Source: Patescibacteria group bacterium (GTDB lineage: Bacteria > Patescibacteriota > Saccharimonadia > CAILAD01 > BJGX01). Taken from it: DNA of 32,903 nucleotides. The stretch is taken from positions 1-32,903 of the forward strand of contig SICB01000002.1 of NCBI GenBank assembly GCA_009691555.1, given 5' to 3'. Positions 23,618 to 32,585 of this stretch are shown piece after piece. Below the pieces are notes generated by a model that ran no database searches, was not told the origin of the DNA, and saw only the letters and a program-made list of their open reading frames with translations. The translations under genes and the position numbers were made by a program. Positions within the stretch are counted from its first letter, which is position 1. Every line of letters begins with the position of its first letter.

Positions 23618-24448
23618 TTAAAAATGAGAATGCTCGGAATATTTTTTTAGTATTAAGCTATGGACAATGGTCTTGTCGTCTCCATAGACCTTACTCTGGT
23701 GGGTAAAATGCTCTAGTAAGTCGTTATTGACCGGCTCATAAATAAACCCTCTCAGACCCTCAACGTTACGACATACCACCACCGCGTCAGCAGGCATAGT
23801 ATCACAGATTTGACGCATGATTAGCGGCTTTGGTTTGGCTAGGGCTGCCACAACGATATGGGTATAACCCGAGTAATCATGCTCCGCCGCGTCACAATAT
23901 CTGATGCTAATTGTCTTATCTAGCCCCAGCTCAGATATAATTTTGGTGGACAGAACAACAGCTTCGGGATTATTGTCTATAATTGTGATTTTACAGTTAT
24001 TCTGTTTGCTATAAGCAATCGCTGTTTCGGGAAACGGCCCGCCACCAATAAATACAACTTTTGATTGGGGCGTAAAACCAGCTTCTAAGGATTCCTTTTT
24101 GGCGAACTGAAAGGTACGGCCAATGAATTGGTCCTTAAGAAAGTCTATTTTGCCAGAAACGATATCGAGGTAGGTGGATGTCTCCAGAAAAACCTCAAAC
24201 AATTCATAGACGCGTCGAGTTTGGTGGGCTAAATTACGAAAGTGTGCAGTATCTAAAAGCTCCTTCGATAGTTCATTGTACTGACGATCACGAGCGATGT
24301 GCTCTAGCCGCTCTATGAGTGTGGTAAAGTCTTCACTCAAAAAAACCGCTGGAGACTTTTCAGCGGCACAGAGCTCGGCGGTGATTGCTTCGATGTCAGA
24401 TTTAAAATTATTATAAAGGTTATTTTTCACCGAAATACCATAGCACAA
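23618..24448 (-). CDS. nicotianamine synthase-like protein (NAS/CntL family)
   Basis: VVFIGGGPFPETAI...ITIIDNNPEAVVLSTKIISELGLDKTISIRYCDA...YTHIVVAALAKPK parallels the (V/A)FIG(S/G)GPLPLT ... AALAEPK/AALVGM pattern of plant and archaeal NAS as I recall it. The length of 276 aa is like archaeal NAS. Confidence 0.6.
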   Translation of the reverse strand: MCYGISVKNNLYNNFKSDIEAITAELCAAEKSPAVFLSEDFTTLIERLEHIARDRQYNELSKELLDTAHFRNLAHQTRRVYELFEVFLETSTYLDIVSGKIDFLKDQFIGRTFQFAKKESLEAGFTPQSKVVFIGGGPFPETAIAYSKQNNCKITIIDNNPEAVVLSTKIISELGLDKTISIRYCDAAEHDYSGYTHIVVAALAKPKPLIMRQICDTMPADAVVVCRNVEGLRGFIYEPVNNDLLEHFTHQSKVYGDDKTIVHSLILKKYSEHSHF

Positions 24449-24502
24449 AAATGCTTATAATTCTAGTCACATTCTGTCCGTAAAAGCGTTATAATAGTCT
24501 GT

Positions 24503-25987
24503 ATGCCAGAAGAAAAACACAAGACTCCGCACAAGAATTCGAAAAAAGAGCAAGATAAGCCAGATTTTGTGTATGACCCCGAAAGCGACGAATTTCAGCA
24601 GTCTCGTGATGCACTGGCGCTGGAGCTTGACCCAATGAAAAGCAATTCTGATAACACCCTGCTAGACCCCAAGCTACTCCAAAAGAAAGCCAAGAGGAAA
24701 AAAAGAATCAAACGGACAATTATATTTACACTGCTATTTTTACTATTGCTGGGTGCCGGTGTATTTACATACCTAGCCATTAAGGCCGGTAAAATCAGCA
24801 CCAATCCATTTAACCTCTCGAGTAAGCTCAAGGGCGAAGACGAAGGGCGCGTCAATATTATGCTGCTAGGAGTTGGCGACCCGGGACATGAAGGCGAAAC
24901 TCTGGCTGATACCAATATGGTTGTTAGTATCGATACCAGAAACAACAAAGTTGCAATGATCAGTATCCCCCGCGACACCAGAGTATATATACCTGGCGAG
25001 GGCTACGCAAAAATCAACAATGCCCATGCTATTGGCGAGAATAAAACACCTCCCCAGGGTATTGAAATAGCCCAAAAAACTATCGAACAAACCTTGGATA
25101 TACCAATACATTACTACGTACGAGCCAACTTCTCAGGCCTCAAGCAGGCCGTTGATGCCGTTGGCGGTATTGATATAGATGTCAAGGATGCTCTGTATGA
25201 CCCCGAGTACCCCTGTGAAAAAAATGAGGACCGAAGCTGTGGTTTTAAAATTAGCGCTGGCCAAACTCAGATGGACGGCTCGACGGCACTAAAGTATGCC
25301 CGATGTCGCAAGGGTAACTGCGGCGATGATTTTGGTCGAGCCATGCGTCAGCAAGAAGTCCTGCAAGCTCTCCGCACCAAAGCTGCTAGCACAAAAACTC
25401 TATCTGACCCCAAAAAACTTAGTGGGCTTATTGAGGCTGCGGCCAATAACATCAAGACCAATATGAGCCTTTCTGAAATGCAGCGGGCTTACGAGATAAG
25501 CAAAAAAATAACGCCCGAAAACACCATCGACGCGGTGCTATCATTAAACCCCAACGGCTTCTTGAAGTCCGATCCTTCTAGCAGCGACTTGCTGCCGTCA
25601 GGTGGTAACTTTGATGAGATCAAAAAGTTCGTCAAGGATATCTTCATATTTGGTCCCATCTGGGCCGAGGATCCAAAAATAGTCTTGCAAAATGGAACCT
25701 CAATAGTTGGTATTGCCGGCAAACTAAATATTAAACTTATCAATTCTGGAGTGCCAATCACGGTCCTTGAAATCCAAAACTCCGATACCAGAGACTACAC
25801 TACCAGCGAAATAATTGACTATACTGGTGGAAAAATGCCCAATACCATTAAGTACCTTGAGGACTTGCTGGGAGTAAAGTCTACTCAACTAGATAAGTCC
25901 AAAAGGCCTCCGTCGGGTGAAGACATTACTGTGATTCTAGGTACCGACTACGCCGATAAGATTACTCAAAATGGTACCAGCAATTAG
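24503..25987 (+). CDS. LytR-CpsA-Psr (LCP) family cell-envelope phosphotransferase
   Basis: A basic N-terminus and one TM segment are followed by NIMLLGVGD...LADTNMVVSIDTRNNKVAMISIPRDT and a LytR_C-like C-terminus. Confidence 0.85.
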   Translation: MPEEKHKTPHKNSKKEQDKPDFVYDPESDEFQQSRDALALELDPMKSNSDNTLLDPKLLQKKAKRKKRIKRTIIFTLLFLLLLGAGVFTYLAIKAGKISTNPFNLSSKLKGEDEGRVNIMLLGVGDPGHEGETLADTNMVVSIDTRNNKVAMISIPRDTRVYIPGEGYAKINNAHAIGENKTPPQGIEIAQKTIEQTLDIPIHYYVRANFSGLKQAVDAVGGIDIDVKDALYDPEYPCEKNEDRSCGFKISAGQTQMDGSTALKYARCRKGNCGDDFGRAMRQQEVLQALRTKAASTKTLSDPKKLSGLIEAAANNIKTNMSLSEMQRAYEISKKITPENTIDAVLSLNPNGFLKSDPSSSDLLPSGGNFDEIKKFVKDIFIFGPIWAEDPKIVLQNGTSIVGIAGKLNIKLINSGVPITVLEIQNSDTRDYTTSEIIDYTGGKMPNTIKYLEDLLGVKSTQLDKSKRPPSGEDITVILGTDYADKITQNGTSN

Positions 25988-26048
25988 CAGCACTAACTAA
26001 AATATAAAAATTATTGTATAATCATCTTAATTAACAAGGAGTTTTACA

Positions 26049-26624
26049 ATGGATTTAGTATATTCACCATCCCGCAATTCAATGATCCTAAGAAGCGCTG
26101 TCAATATCCTATTTGGAGCGGTTATTATTCTGTTCCCAGGTATTAGTTTATTGGTAGTGGCAGTTGCCTTTGCGGTCAATTTGCTCGTGCTCGGTATGTT
26201 TATGATATTTGAACCAACCATTGATACCCAGAATAAACATGCCGTCCTGACTGTCATGTTGGGTATTTTGACGGTCGGCGCTGGAGTCTATGTACTGTCC
26301 CGACCGCTGGCAGGAATCGCCGTACTAAGCCTGCTCTTTGCCGCCTGGGCCCTGCTTTATGGCATCATCGATATAATGATCGGCTTGAGACTATCAGACG
26401 CAAAAAACAAAAGCAGCTGGGTATTTTTGTTGGCCGGGCTAATATCGATAATCTTTGCAATCTATTTGGCGTTTAATCCACTCGAGGGTGGCCTGACGCT
26501 GCTTTGGATAGTGGGTATTTACTCGATTGCAATTGGCTTGGTGCTGGCTTTTGAGACCGTTTCAGGAAAACCCAAGAGTAAGGCCACTAAGGTTGCCAGC
26601 TCGAGCAATAAGGGCAAAAAATAA
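26049..26624 (+). CDS. HdeD/DUF308 family membrane protein
   Basis: Repeated DUF308-like TM pairs (LRSAVNILFGAVIILFPGISLLV and others). It is a paralog of 27389-27925. Confidence 0.7.
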   Translation: MDLVYSPSRNSMILRSAVNILFGAVIILFPGISLLVVAVAFAVNLLVLGMFMIFEPTIDTQNKHAVLTVMLGILTVGAGVYVLSRPLAGIAVLSLLFAAWALLYGIIDIMIGLRLSDAKNKSSWVFLLAGLISIIFAIYLAFNPLEGGLTLLWIVGIYSIAIGLVLAFETVSGKPKSKATKVASSSNKGKK

Positions 26625-27307
26625 TGGACCAAACTAAGCTTCAGACCAAAGCGGCTGGAACTTTTAGCGACTACCTTTCTGGTATATTTGCCTGGATGTT
26701 CGCTGGGCTTTCGGCCAGTGGGCTGGTTGGATATTTAATCGCCAATAGTGGAGATAGCATTAAGGTGCTGTTTTTGAACCCAGTATCATTTTTTGTGCTA
26801 ATTATTGCTCAGTTCGGACTAGTAATATTCTTGAGTGCGCGCATCACCAAGCTATCCGCCAATGCAGCCCGTGCGCTGTTTATGGCCTACGCCGTTAGCG
26901 TTGGGGCGACGCTATCGACGATATTCTTAGTCTATACATCGAGCTCCATAATGCGCGTCTTCTTTATTACTGGCAGTATGTTCTTGGTGATGGCAATTGT
27001 CGGATTCCTGACAAAAGTCGATCTCAGCAAGTTTGGCGCCCTGCTTATAATGGGCTTGGTTGGTATTATTATTGCTAGTGTTGTAAATATCTTTCTGGGC
27101 TCCGACTCGCTCCAAATGATAGTTTCGTATTTGGGTGTTGGTATTTTCTTGGGCCTAACAGCCTATGATGTTCAGAAAATCAAAAAACTATACGCCGAAT
27201 TCGGAAGCGCCGGAAACCTTGCGATTTTGGGTGCTCTCAGCTTGTACCTAGATTTTTTGAATCTTTTTCTGTTTTTACTGAGAATCTTCGGGGTGAGCAA
27301 GGATTAA
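26624..27307 (+). CDS. Bax inhibitor-1/YccA family membrane protein
   Basis: Seven predicted TM segments, a YDVQKIK motif region and an LYLDFLNLFLFLLRIF C-terminus. Its start overlaps the previous stop (ATAATG). Confidence 0.8.
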   Translation: MDQTKLQTKAAGTFSDYLSGIFAWMFAGLSASGLVGYLIANSGDSIKVLFLNPVSFFVLIIAQFGLVIFLSARITKLSANAARALFMAYAVSVGATLSTIFLVYTSSSIMRVFFITGSMFLVMAIVGFLTKVDLSKFGALLIMGLVGIIIASVVNIFLGSDSLQMIVSYLGVGIFLGLTAYDVQKIKKLYAEFGSAGNLAILGALSLYLDFLNLFLFLLRIFGVSKD

Positions 27308-27388
27308 AGCAATTGGCTAAATAAAAAACTTGCATAATACATCAATAAAGCATTACAATTGAAGGTATTAAATTAAGGAGGAGTAATT

Positions 27389-27925
27389 ATGGAGATCGCA
27401 GTTTTACCATCGAAGAACGCAATATTAATAAGAGCAGTCCTGAATATAGGTCTTGGAGCCATACTACTGATTTGGCCCGGAATCACACTATTGGTTTTGA
27501 TCTATGCTTTTGCACTGAACATACTTCTAGTGGGGCTATCGACCCTTTTTGAGCCGTCTTACGACAAATCCGGCAAGGGTTCTGTAGTGCACGTCTTATT
27601 GGGCATCGTCGGGATTGTAGCTGGCATATACCTAGTCGCAAGACCAGAGCTAACAGCCGAAATAATCGCCCTACTGCTAGCCATGTGGGCTATAATTTTT
27701 GGTATCGTTGATATCTATCTTGGCTTCACAACTACAGATGGCGGCGGCAACTTGCTATTTGTCTTGGTAGGTGTCGTTTCGGTAATATTTGGTATCTATG
27801 TACTAAATAGCCCGCTACAGACAATTCTAGACCTTGTGTATGTAATTGGTATCTACTCTCTAATTGTTGGTATAGTCCTGGGTATTGCAGGCCTTATCTT
27901 CTACCCAAAAACTAAGTCCAAATAA
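27389..27925 (+). CDS. HdeD/DUF308 family membrane protein (second paralog)
   Basis: LIRAVLNIGLGAILLIWPGITLLV and the matching architecture. A strong SD AAGGAGGAG lies upstream. Confidence 0.7.
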   Translation: MEIAVLPSKNAILIRAVLNIGLGAILLIWPGITLLVLIYAFALNILLVGLSTLFEPSYDKSGKGSVVHVLLGIVGIVAGIYLVARPELTAEIIALLLAMWAIIFGIVDIYLGFTTTDGGGNLLFVLVGVVSVIFGIYVLNSPLQTILDLVYVIGIYSLIVGIVLGIAGLIFYPKTKSK

Positions 27926-27931
27926 TTTCTT

Positions 27932-28876
27932 ATGGCCGATAGTTTAAAAACAAAAAAGCCGCACGCTGGCTGGAACAGAGTAGTCTTAGTTATACTAACG
28001 ACTACTCTTGTTTTGGTCAGTTTTGCGACTGTCCTGAGAGACAACTTCACTACCGGCGCAAAGAGTTATTTATTTTTAAAGGAATCGCGCGCCTTTGATA
28101 ACATCGCACAAATTGCCAAAAATGATATTAGCAATAACTTGCCTGATAACATTAAAAACAACTTTATCAAACGAGCAATCATCACAAAGATCATGGATAT
28201 TATAATAACTCCAGAAAATGTATCCAAGGTCGCCGAGCCAGCCATCATTAGACTTTATAAGCTATCCGGCAAGGCTACAAAAATTGCCGACAAGCAGATT
28301 GTATTCGACACCACAGTCTTTAAGTCGCAGGCCAAAGACTATCTGCCAGCGGTAGGCCTACCACAAGGACTAGCCGATACTACCTCTGATTTTGTAAACT
28401 CTATACCCAATACAATCACAATCCTAGATGTCGAAAATAACCCAAATTCTCCTTTGGCAATACTAGTAAAGCTACAATCGGCTTTTAGGGCCATCTCTAC
28501 CGTTACGAGCGCTCTATGGTTGGCCGTAGTAGTCAGTATACTAGCTGCATTGCTACTAAATGTTAAAAACCTACGCAGGCTCCTCAAAACATACTATTTG
28601 GCTTTTGGTATTTCCGCCGGATTGGTGCTTGGGTTGTCATATGGTGGTCCTGCAATCACAGCTTCCCTGCTACCAGCAACGACACCCACTAACGCCCTAG
28701 TCAATAACCTAGTCAATAACTTCTGCCTGATGACTCAGGGCTACGGCTGGATACTTTTATCAATCGCAGCTGCCACTCTCGCCATTAGTTGGCTCACAAA
28801 AACCACTAAAGCCAAGCAGCTCATCGCGACTGCCCAGCAAAAAACAGCGGCTCTTATAAAAAAGACTTTTTCCTAA
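27932..28876 (+). CDS. hypothetical membrane protein
   Basis: 314 aa with an N-terminal TM segment, a central soluble region and 3-4 C-terminal TM segments. It starts 6 nt after the previous stop. Confidence 0.5.
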   Translation: MADSLKTKKPHAGWNRVVLVILTTTLVLVSFATVLRDNFTTGAKSYLFLKESRAFDNIAQIAKNDISNNLPDNIKNNFIKRAIITKIMDIIITPENVSKVAEPAIIRLYKLSGKATKIADKQIVFDTTVFKSQAKDYLPAVGLPQGLADTTSDFVNSIPNTITILDVENNPNSPLAILVKLQSAFRAISTVTSALWLAVVVSILAALLLNVKNLRRLLKTYYLAFGISAGLVLGLSYGGPAITASLLPATTPTNALVNNLVNNFCLMTQGYGWILLSIAAATLAISWLTKTTKAKQLIATAQQKTAALIKKTFS

Positions 28877-28885
28877 ACAGCAGTC

Positions 28886-29386
28886 CTAGATACCTAAATC
28901 TGAGAAGTTGTCGACATAGAGATTCAGGTCGTCTAGAAGAGGCTGAATGCTTTCGGTAAAGTTAGCGTTTGACTCGGTAGTGTATGTTTGTCCATTATTG
29001 AGCGTGATGCTAATGGTATAACTAGGGCCGCCAAGCGGTCCTAGCTGTGAAGGTTGCTTATTGGCGAGCACCTTGTCGATAACGGAATAGGTGTAAATGT
29101 CTTTTTGGATTGTACCAAACTTATCGGCCTGAAGGTTACAAGCTGTAGATGTGACCTCGTTTGAGATAGTCTTGGTAACTGTAATGCTACAGCTCGTGCT
29201 AGTTAGCTCAAATACCGAAGTCTGCTGAAACTCAGGCGATACTGGGCCTGAGTTGGTGGTTATGGTGATAGACCGCAGTTTGTGCGAAAAGCTGTTTTGG
29301 GCAATTAATAATATCCCGACTAGTAGGGCGACGAATATAAGTATTCCGGCGATAAGTTTTTTGGCTGCTGAATTATTGTTTGGCAT
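28886..29386 (-). CDS. hypothetical signal-anchored extracytoplasmic protein
   Basis: I trimmed the start to MPNNNSAAKKL (SD AAGGAG upstream). One TM segment is followed by a Thr/Ser-rich beta-looking domain. Confidence 0.5.
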   Translation of the reverse strand: MPNNNSAAKKLIAGILIFVALLVGILLIAQNSFSHKLRSITITTNSGPVSPEFQQTSVFELTSTSCSITVTKTISNEVTSTACNLQADKFGTIQKDIYTYSVIDKVLANKQPSQLGPLGGPSYTISITLNNGQTYTTESNANFTESIQPLLDDLNLYVDNFSDLGI

Positions 29387-29474
29387 TGTTTTCTCCTTTT
29401 TTATATCATAGCACCTTTCAAAAATAGTAAAATAGTACATTTATCTGTATCATTAAATTATATAAGGAGGACTA

Positions 29475-29843
29475 ATGAAAAAATTAAGCATTATAAACAT
29501 CTGTGTTTCGCTACTGTTTTTAGCTATTGCCGTAATCGTACTAATCGACCTGCTGGGGCTCCTTGACTCCTCGGTGATAATTTCTGAGTACTGGCCTGTG
29601 CTACTGGTTTTCATTGGACTATTTACGATATCTCCATCTAGGGCTAAGGGTAATGGTTTTTCGTTCGGTATTATGACTCTAGGGCTAATTTTTATGCTCC
29701 GAAACCTAGGCGTATTCAGTACACAAACAGGCAAAGTGATGCTTGTAATACTGCTAGCCTTGTGTGGTTTAGTAGTTCTGATATTCGCAACTTCCAAGAG
29801 TGCCGATAGCACCAAACAAGACAAAAAAGATCTTTATTTTTAA
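29475..29843 (+). CDS. small polytopic membrane protein
   Basis: 122 aa with SD TAAGGAGGA 5 nt upstream and four hydrophobic segments. Confidence 0.55.
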   Translation: MKKLSIINICVSLLFLAIAVIVLIDLLGLLDSSVIISEYWPVLLVFIGLFTISPSRAKGNGFSFGIMTLGLIFMLRNLGVFSTQTGKVMLVILLALCGLVVLIFATSKSADSTKQDKKDLYF

Positions 29844-30481
29844 TCTTTAGTAATTGGCTGGCGAATAATTGTTCTTAGCCGGCCAGTCTTGGTGCGTGTT
29901 GGGTCGCTTAGATATATACTATGGAGTCTCAGGGCGGGCTTAAAGCCTTTTTTATCTAAAAAGGCATTCAGCTTATCGGTAGCTTTTTGTTCATTCTTAA
30001 GCAACCCTGTGTGTAATACCTGTACGGAAGTTTTTTCTTGTAGCGACGCAATGTGTAGCTCGGCGTGGCGTTCGCTGGCCTGAGTCTCTGGTATCTGAGA
30101 CCTAGCAATATTAACAATGTTTTGAGTAATAAAGCCTGGTACCACAATAAAAGCTTCCCAGAGAATATTATCTTTTTGGCTAGTATCAAGTTTTGCGCCG
30201 TTTTTCATGCTCCACATCACTTCAACTGCAGCGACATTAAAATCGATATATCCCTCTGGGTTGATATTCTTCCTAGGCAAAAACTTAATTGCGTGTGCCA
30301 TAGAGTATAGTGCCGCGACAGAGTCTTTGAATCTGGGGCCCTGGGGGTCCCCCTCGCCGTTGATTGCCAAAACCCTCATCAGGGGAACTTCGACAATAGT
30401 CGGCTTATCTTTGCTAGCAAAATACAAACTAGGGTATATCTTGGAGATATCGAATTTTTCAGATTCCATAGCTACCCGCAA
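29840..30481 (-). CDS. GyrI-like small-molecule-binding domain protein
   Basis: The pattern VEVPLMRVLAINGEGDP...ALYSMAHAIKF...WEAFIVVPGFIT...VQVLHTG...HSIYLSDPTRT...LRTIIRQPI matches the GyrI-like family layout. Confidence 0.7.
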   Translation of the reverse strand: MRVAMESEKFDISKIYPSLYFASKDKPTIVEVPLMRVLAINGEGDPQGPRFKDSVAALYSMAHAIKFLPRKNINPEGYIDFNVAAVEVMWSMKNGAKLDTSQKDNILWEAFIVVPGFITQNIVNIARSQIPETQASERHAELHIASLQEKTSVQVLHTGLLKNEQKATDKLNAFLDKKGFKPALRLHSIYLSDPTRTKTGRLRTIIRQPITKD

Positions 30482-30734
30482 AATAAATTACTACTAGGCT
30501 AACAATAGCAATCAAGATCCAAAATGAGTTAAGAAAAACCAGGTGCTGACTTTTTCTCTGCCAACCGAAGAACACTAATCCGACTGCACCAAGTAGATTA
30601 ATCAGATGGTAGATAGCCGAATCGGAACTAACAATTTTAAGAACAAGCAATAGATAGGCCAATATAAATACTAGTACTGAAATCCAGCCTACTATATCTA
30701 TAATGATATTCTTTTTTTTCTGGGCTTTGTTCAT
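30459..30734 (-). CDS. small three-TM membrane protein
   Basis: 91 aa. Its start overlaps the upstream gene stop (ATGA-type coupling at 30731-30734). No confident family. Confidence 0.5.
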   Translation of the reverse strand: MNKAQKKKNIIIDIVGWISVLVFILAYLLLVLKIVSSDSAIYHLINLLGAVGLVFFGWQRKSQHLVFLNSFWILIAIVSLVVIYFAGSYGI

Positions 30735-31984
30735 AGCTTCATCTCTTCAAAAGCCCAGCTCAAGACACTTAGCATCTCCTGATAGTTGATCTTGGCGTCA
30801 GGACAATAGAGATACAAGACATTATCGACCACTTCGATGTTGATCTCAAAATCAAGGCCGTAGATTTTTTCCATAAAGTTTGGTGCCAACAGCTCAAAAC
30901 TAGTTGCTCGGTCTGGTTTCGCGGCCCAGACTGCAAACTTCTTATTGAAGGCGTTGCCTTCGGTGTTTATTTTGGTCAAACCCGAGCGCTTTGGTTTGAA
31001 ACGGTACCAGCTCTTTTCTGTGACCAAAATATCGTCGTAGCGTTTGGGCAAAATCGCCTGCGCAACTGTCATAGCCTTGATGCCAGAGCCTGCCCTAGGC
31101 TCATAGCTATAAAACTCTACCACAACATTTTTATAATACCCCACTACGTGGTTATTGATATCAGCTTGCCCGAAGCCGGCGGGTCCAAATATGGCTCCCC
31201 TGGTTGGCATCATCAGCCATCCAAAATCTGGGTCGTAGTAAAATCCGTTAGACTTGGCAAAGTCTGCTATACCACTATCAAATTTCGATGCGTCGGCGGT
31301 GGATTGGTCGATGCCATCCAATACATAGCCATGGCTGGCTTTAGTAAAGTGCCAAGTTTCTGAAAATACCGAATTGTCGACAAACAAATCCTTGCCTGCT
31401 TTGGTATCGACCAGCCTGTCTTTTGCCGATGCTACAAAATATATTGCAAAGACGGCGCTATAATCATCTTGCTTAAATATAAGGGCGTTCGATATTTTGG
31501 TATCCTCCATGATATTTTGGCGCTGGTAGTTATTGAGGATATTGAGCTCTAGAGTCATTTTTTTGAAGTACTCTTCTGAGAGTATTTCTTTCATACCTTT
31601 CAGGTCGGAGCCAGACCAAGAATTCTGGAACTTCATAAATATTTCTTTGGCAGCTGTGGCCAGCTTTTTTTCTTCTGGAGTAGCGTCTTTGCTTGAAAAG
31701 GGGTCAATAAAACCTGCCGGTTTGGCACCAACTGCTCTGCTTTGATCTACATACTTTTTAGCTATATATCTGTAAATCAAGAATATAGCAAAAAATATCA
31801 ATGCCGGCCATACTAAATATGAATCATTCTGGTCCGAACCTGAAGTGCCTCCAACATAGCCGCCCGAACTGCTGGTGCCACTCGAGGACCCTCCGCCTCC
31901 GCCGCCGCCGCCCGAAGAAGACCCGCCGCCGCCGCCTCTTGCTAACAAATGGGTATTGTTATTAAATAGCTCATATTCATTCAT
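30731..31984 (-). CDS. membrane-anchored Tim44-like domain protein with a Gly/Ser-rich N-terminus
   Basis: A GGGGGSSSGGGGGGGGSSSG run and one TM segment come first. Then EIFMKFQNSWSGSDLKGMKEILSEEYFKKM...SETWHFT resembles the Tim44-like domain. The C-terminal half is unassigned. Confidence 0.55.
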   Translation of the reverse strand: MNEYELFNNNTHLLARGGGGGSSSGGGGGGGGSSSGTSSSGGYVGGTSGSDQNDSYLVWPALIFFAIFLIYRYIAKKYVDQSRAVGAKPAGFIDPFSSKDATPEEKKLATAAKEIFMKFQNSWSGSDLKGMKEILSEEYFKKMTLELNILNNYQRQNIMEDTKISNALIFKQDDYSAVFAIYFVASAKDRLVDTKAGKDLFVDNSVFSETWHFTKASHGYVLDGIDQSTADASKFDSGIADFAKSNGFYYDPDFGWLMMPTRGAIFGPAGFGQADINNHVVGYYKNVVVEFYSYEPRAGSGIKAMTVAQAILPKRYDDILVTEKSWYRFKPKRSGLTKINTEGNAFNKKFAVWAAKPDRATSFELLAPNFMEKIYGLDFEINIEVVDNVLYLYCPDAKINYQEMLSVLSWAFEEMKL

Positions 31985-32059
31985 AGCCTTATTGTAGCAA
32001 TATAAAGATAGACTGTGCTAGCTATTGGCAATATTGCAAGGTTTTTAAAATGCAAAAAC

Positions 32060-32548
32060 TCAATGGCAGACATTTAGGTTGCGCTTATGCAGGTACTGCT
32101 GGTGGTACTCTTCGGCCTTCCAAAAAGTCTTTGCCTCAACTAGCTGGGTTGCAATAGGGTCTTGGTACTGATCAGCAGCTTCAAGCTCCCTGATTTTTTT
32201 CTCGGCGGCTGCTTGCTGCTTTTGGCCATGATAAAAAATCGCGCTACGGTAGCTATCGCCAATGTCGGGCCCTTGCCTGTTCACCTGAGTGGGATCGTGA
32301 TTTTCAAAAAATATATCCAAAAGCTCCATGTAGCTAACTTTTTTTGGGTCAAACTCTATCTGCACTGTCTCGGCGTGGCCAGTGGTGTGCGAGCAAACCT
32401 GCTCGTAGCTTGGGTTGTCAGTGTGCCCGCCCTCGTAGCCAACCTTGGTATCGATAACGCCTGGTGTTTTTCTGAACACCTCCTCGACGCCCCAAAAACA
32501 ACCTCCCCCAAAATCCGCTAATTCACTACTTGTTTGTGCTTTTGCCAT
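32060..32548 (-). CDS. msrA: peptide-methionine (S)-S-oxide reductase
   Basis: GGGCFWGVEE active site and GHAETVQIEFDP. Confidence 0.95.
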   Translation of the reverse strand: MAKAQTSSELADFGGGCFWGVEEVFRKTPGVIDTKVGYEGGHTDNPSYEQVCSHTTGHAETVQIEFDPKKVSYMELLDIFFENHDPTQVNRQGPDIGDSYRSAIFYHGQKQQAAAEKKIRELEAADQYQDPIATQLVEAKTFWKAEEYHQQYLHKRNLNVCH

Positions 32549-32585
32549 AATTATTTCCTTACCATTATCTTATTTAGTGCTAACT

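Noticed and set aside
31850-31945. GC-rich ccgccgccgcc tract as a possible G-quadruplex or regulatory element
   Set aside because: It is fully explained as the coding sequence of the Gly/Ser run at the N-terminus of the 30731-31984 protein.
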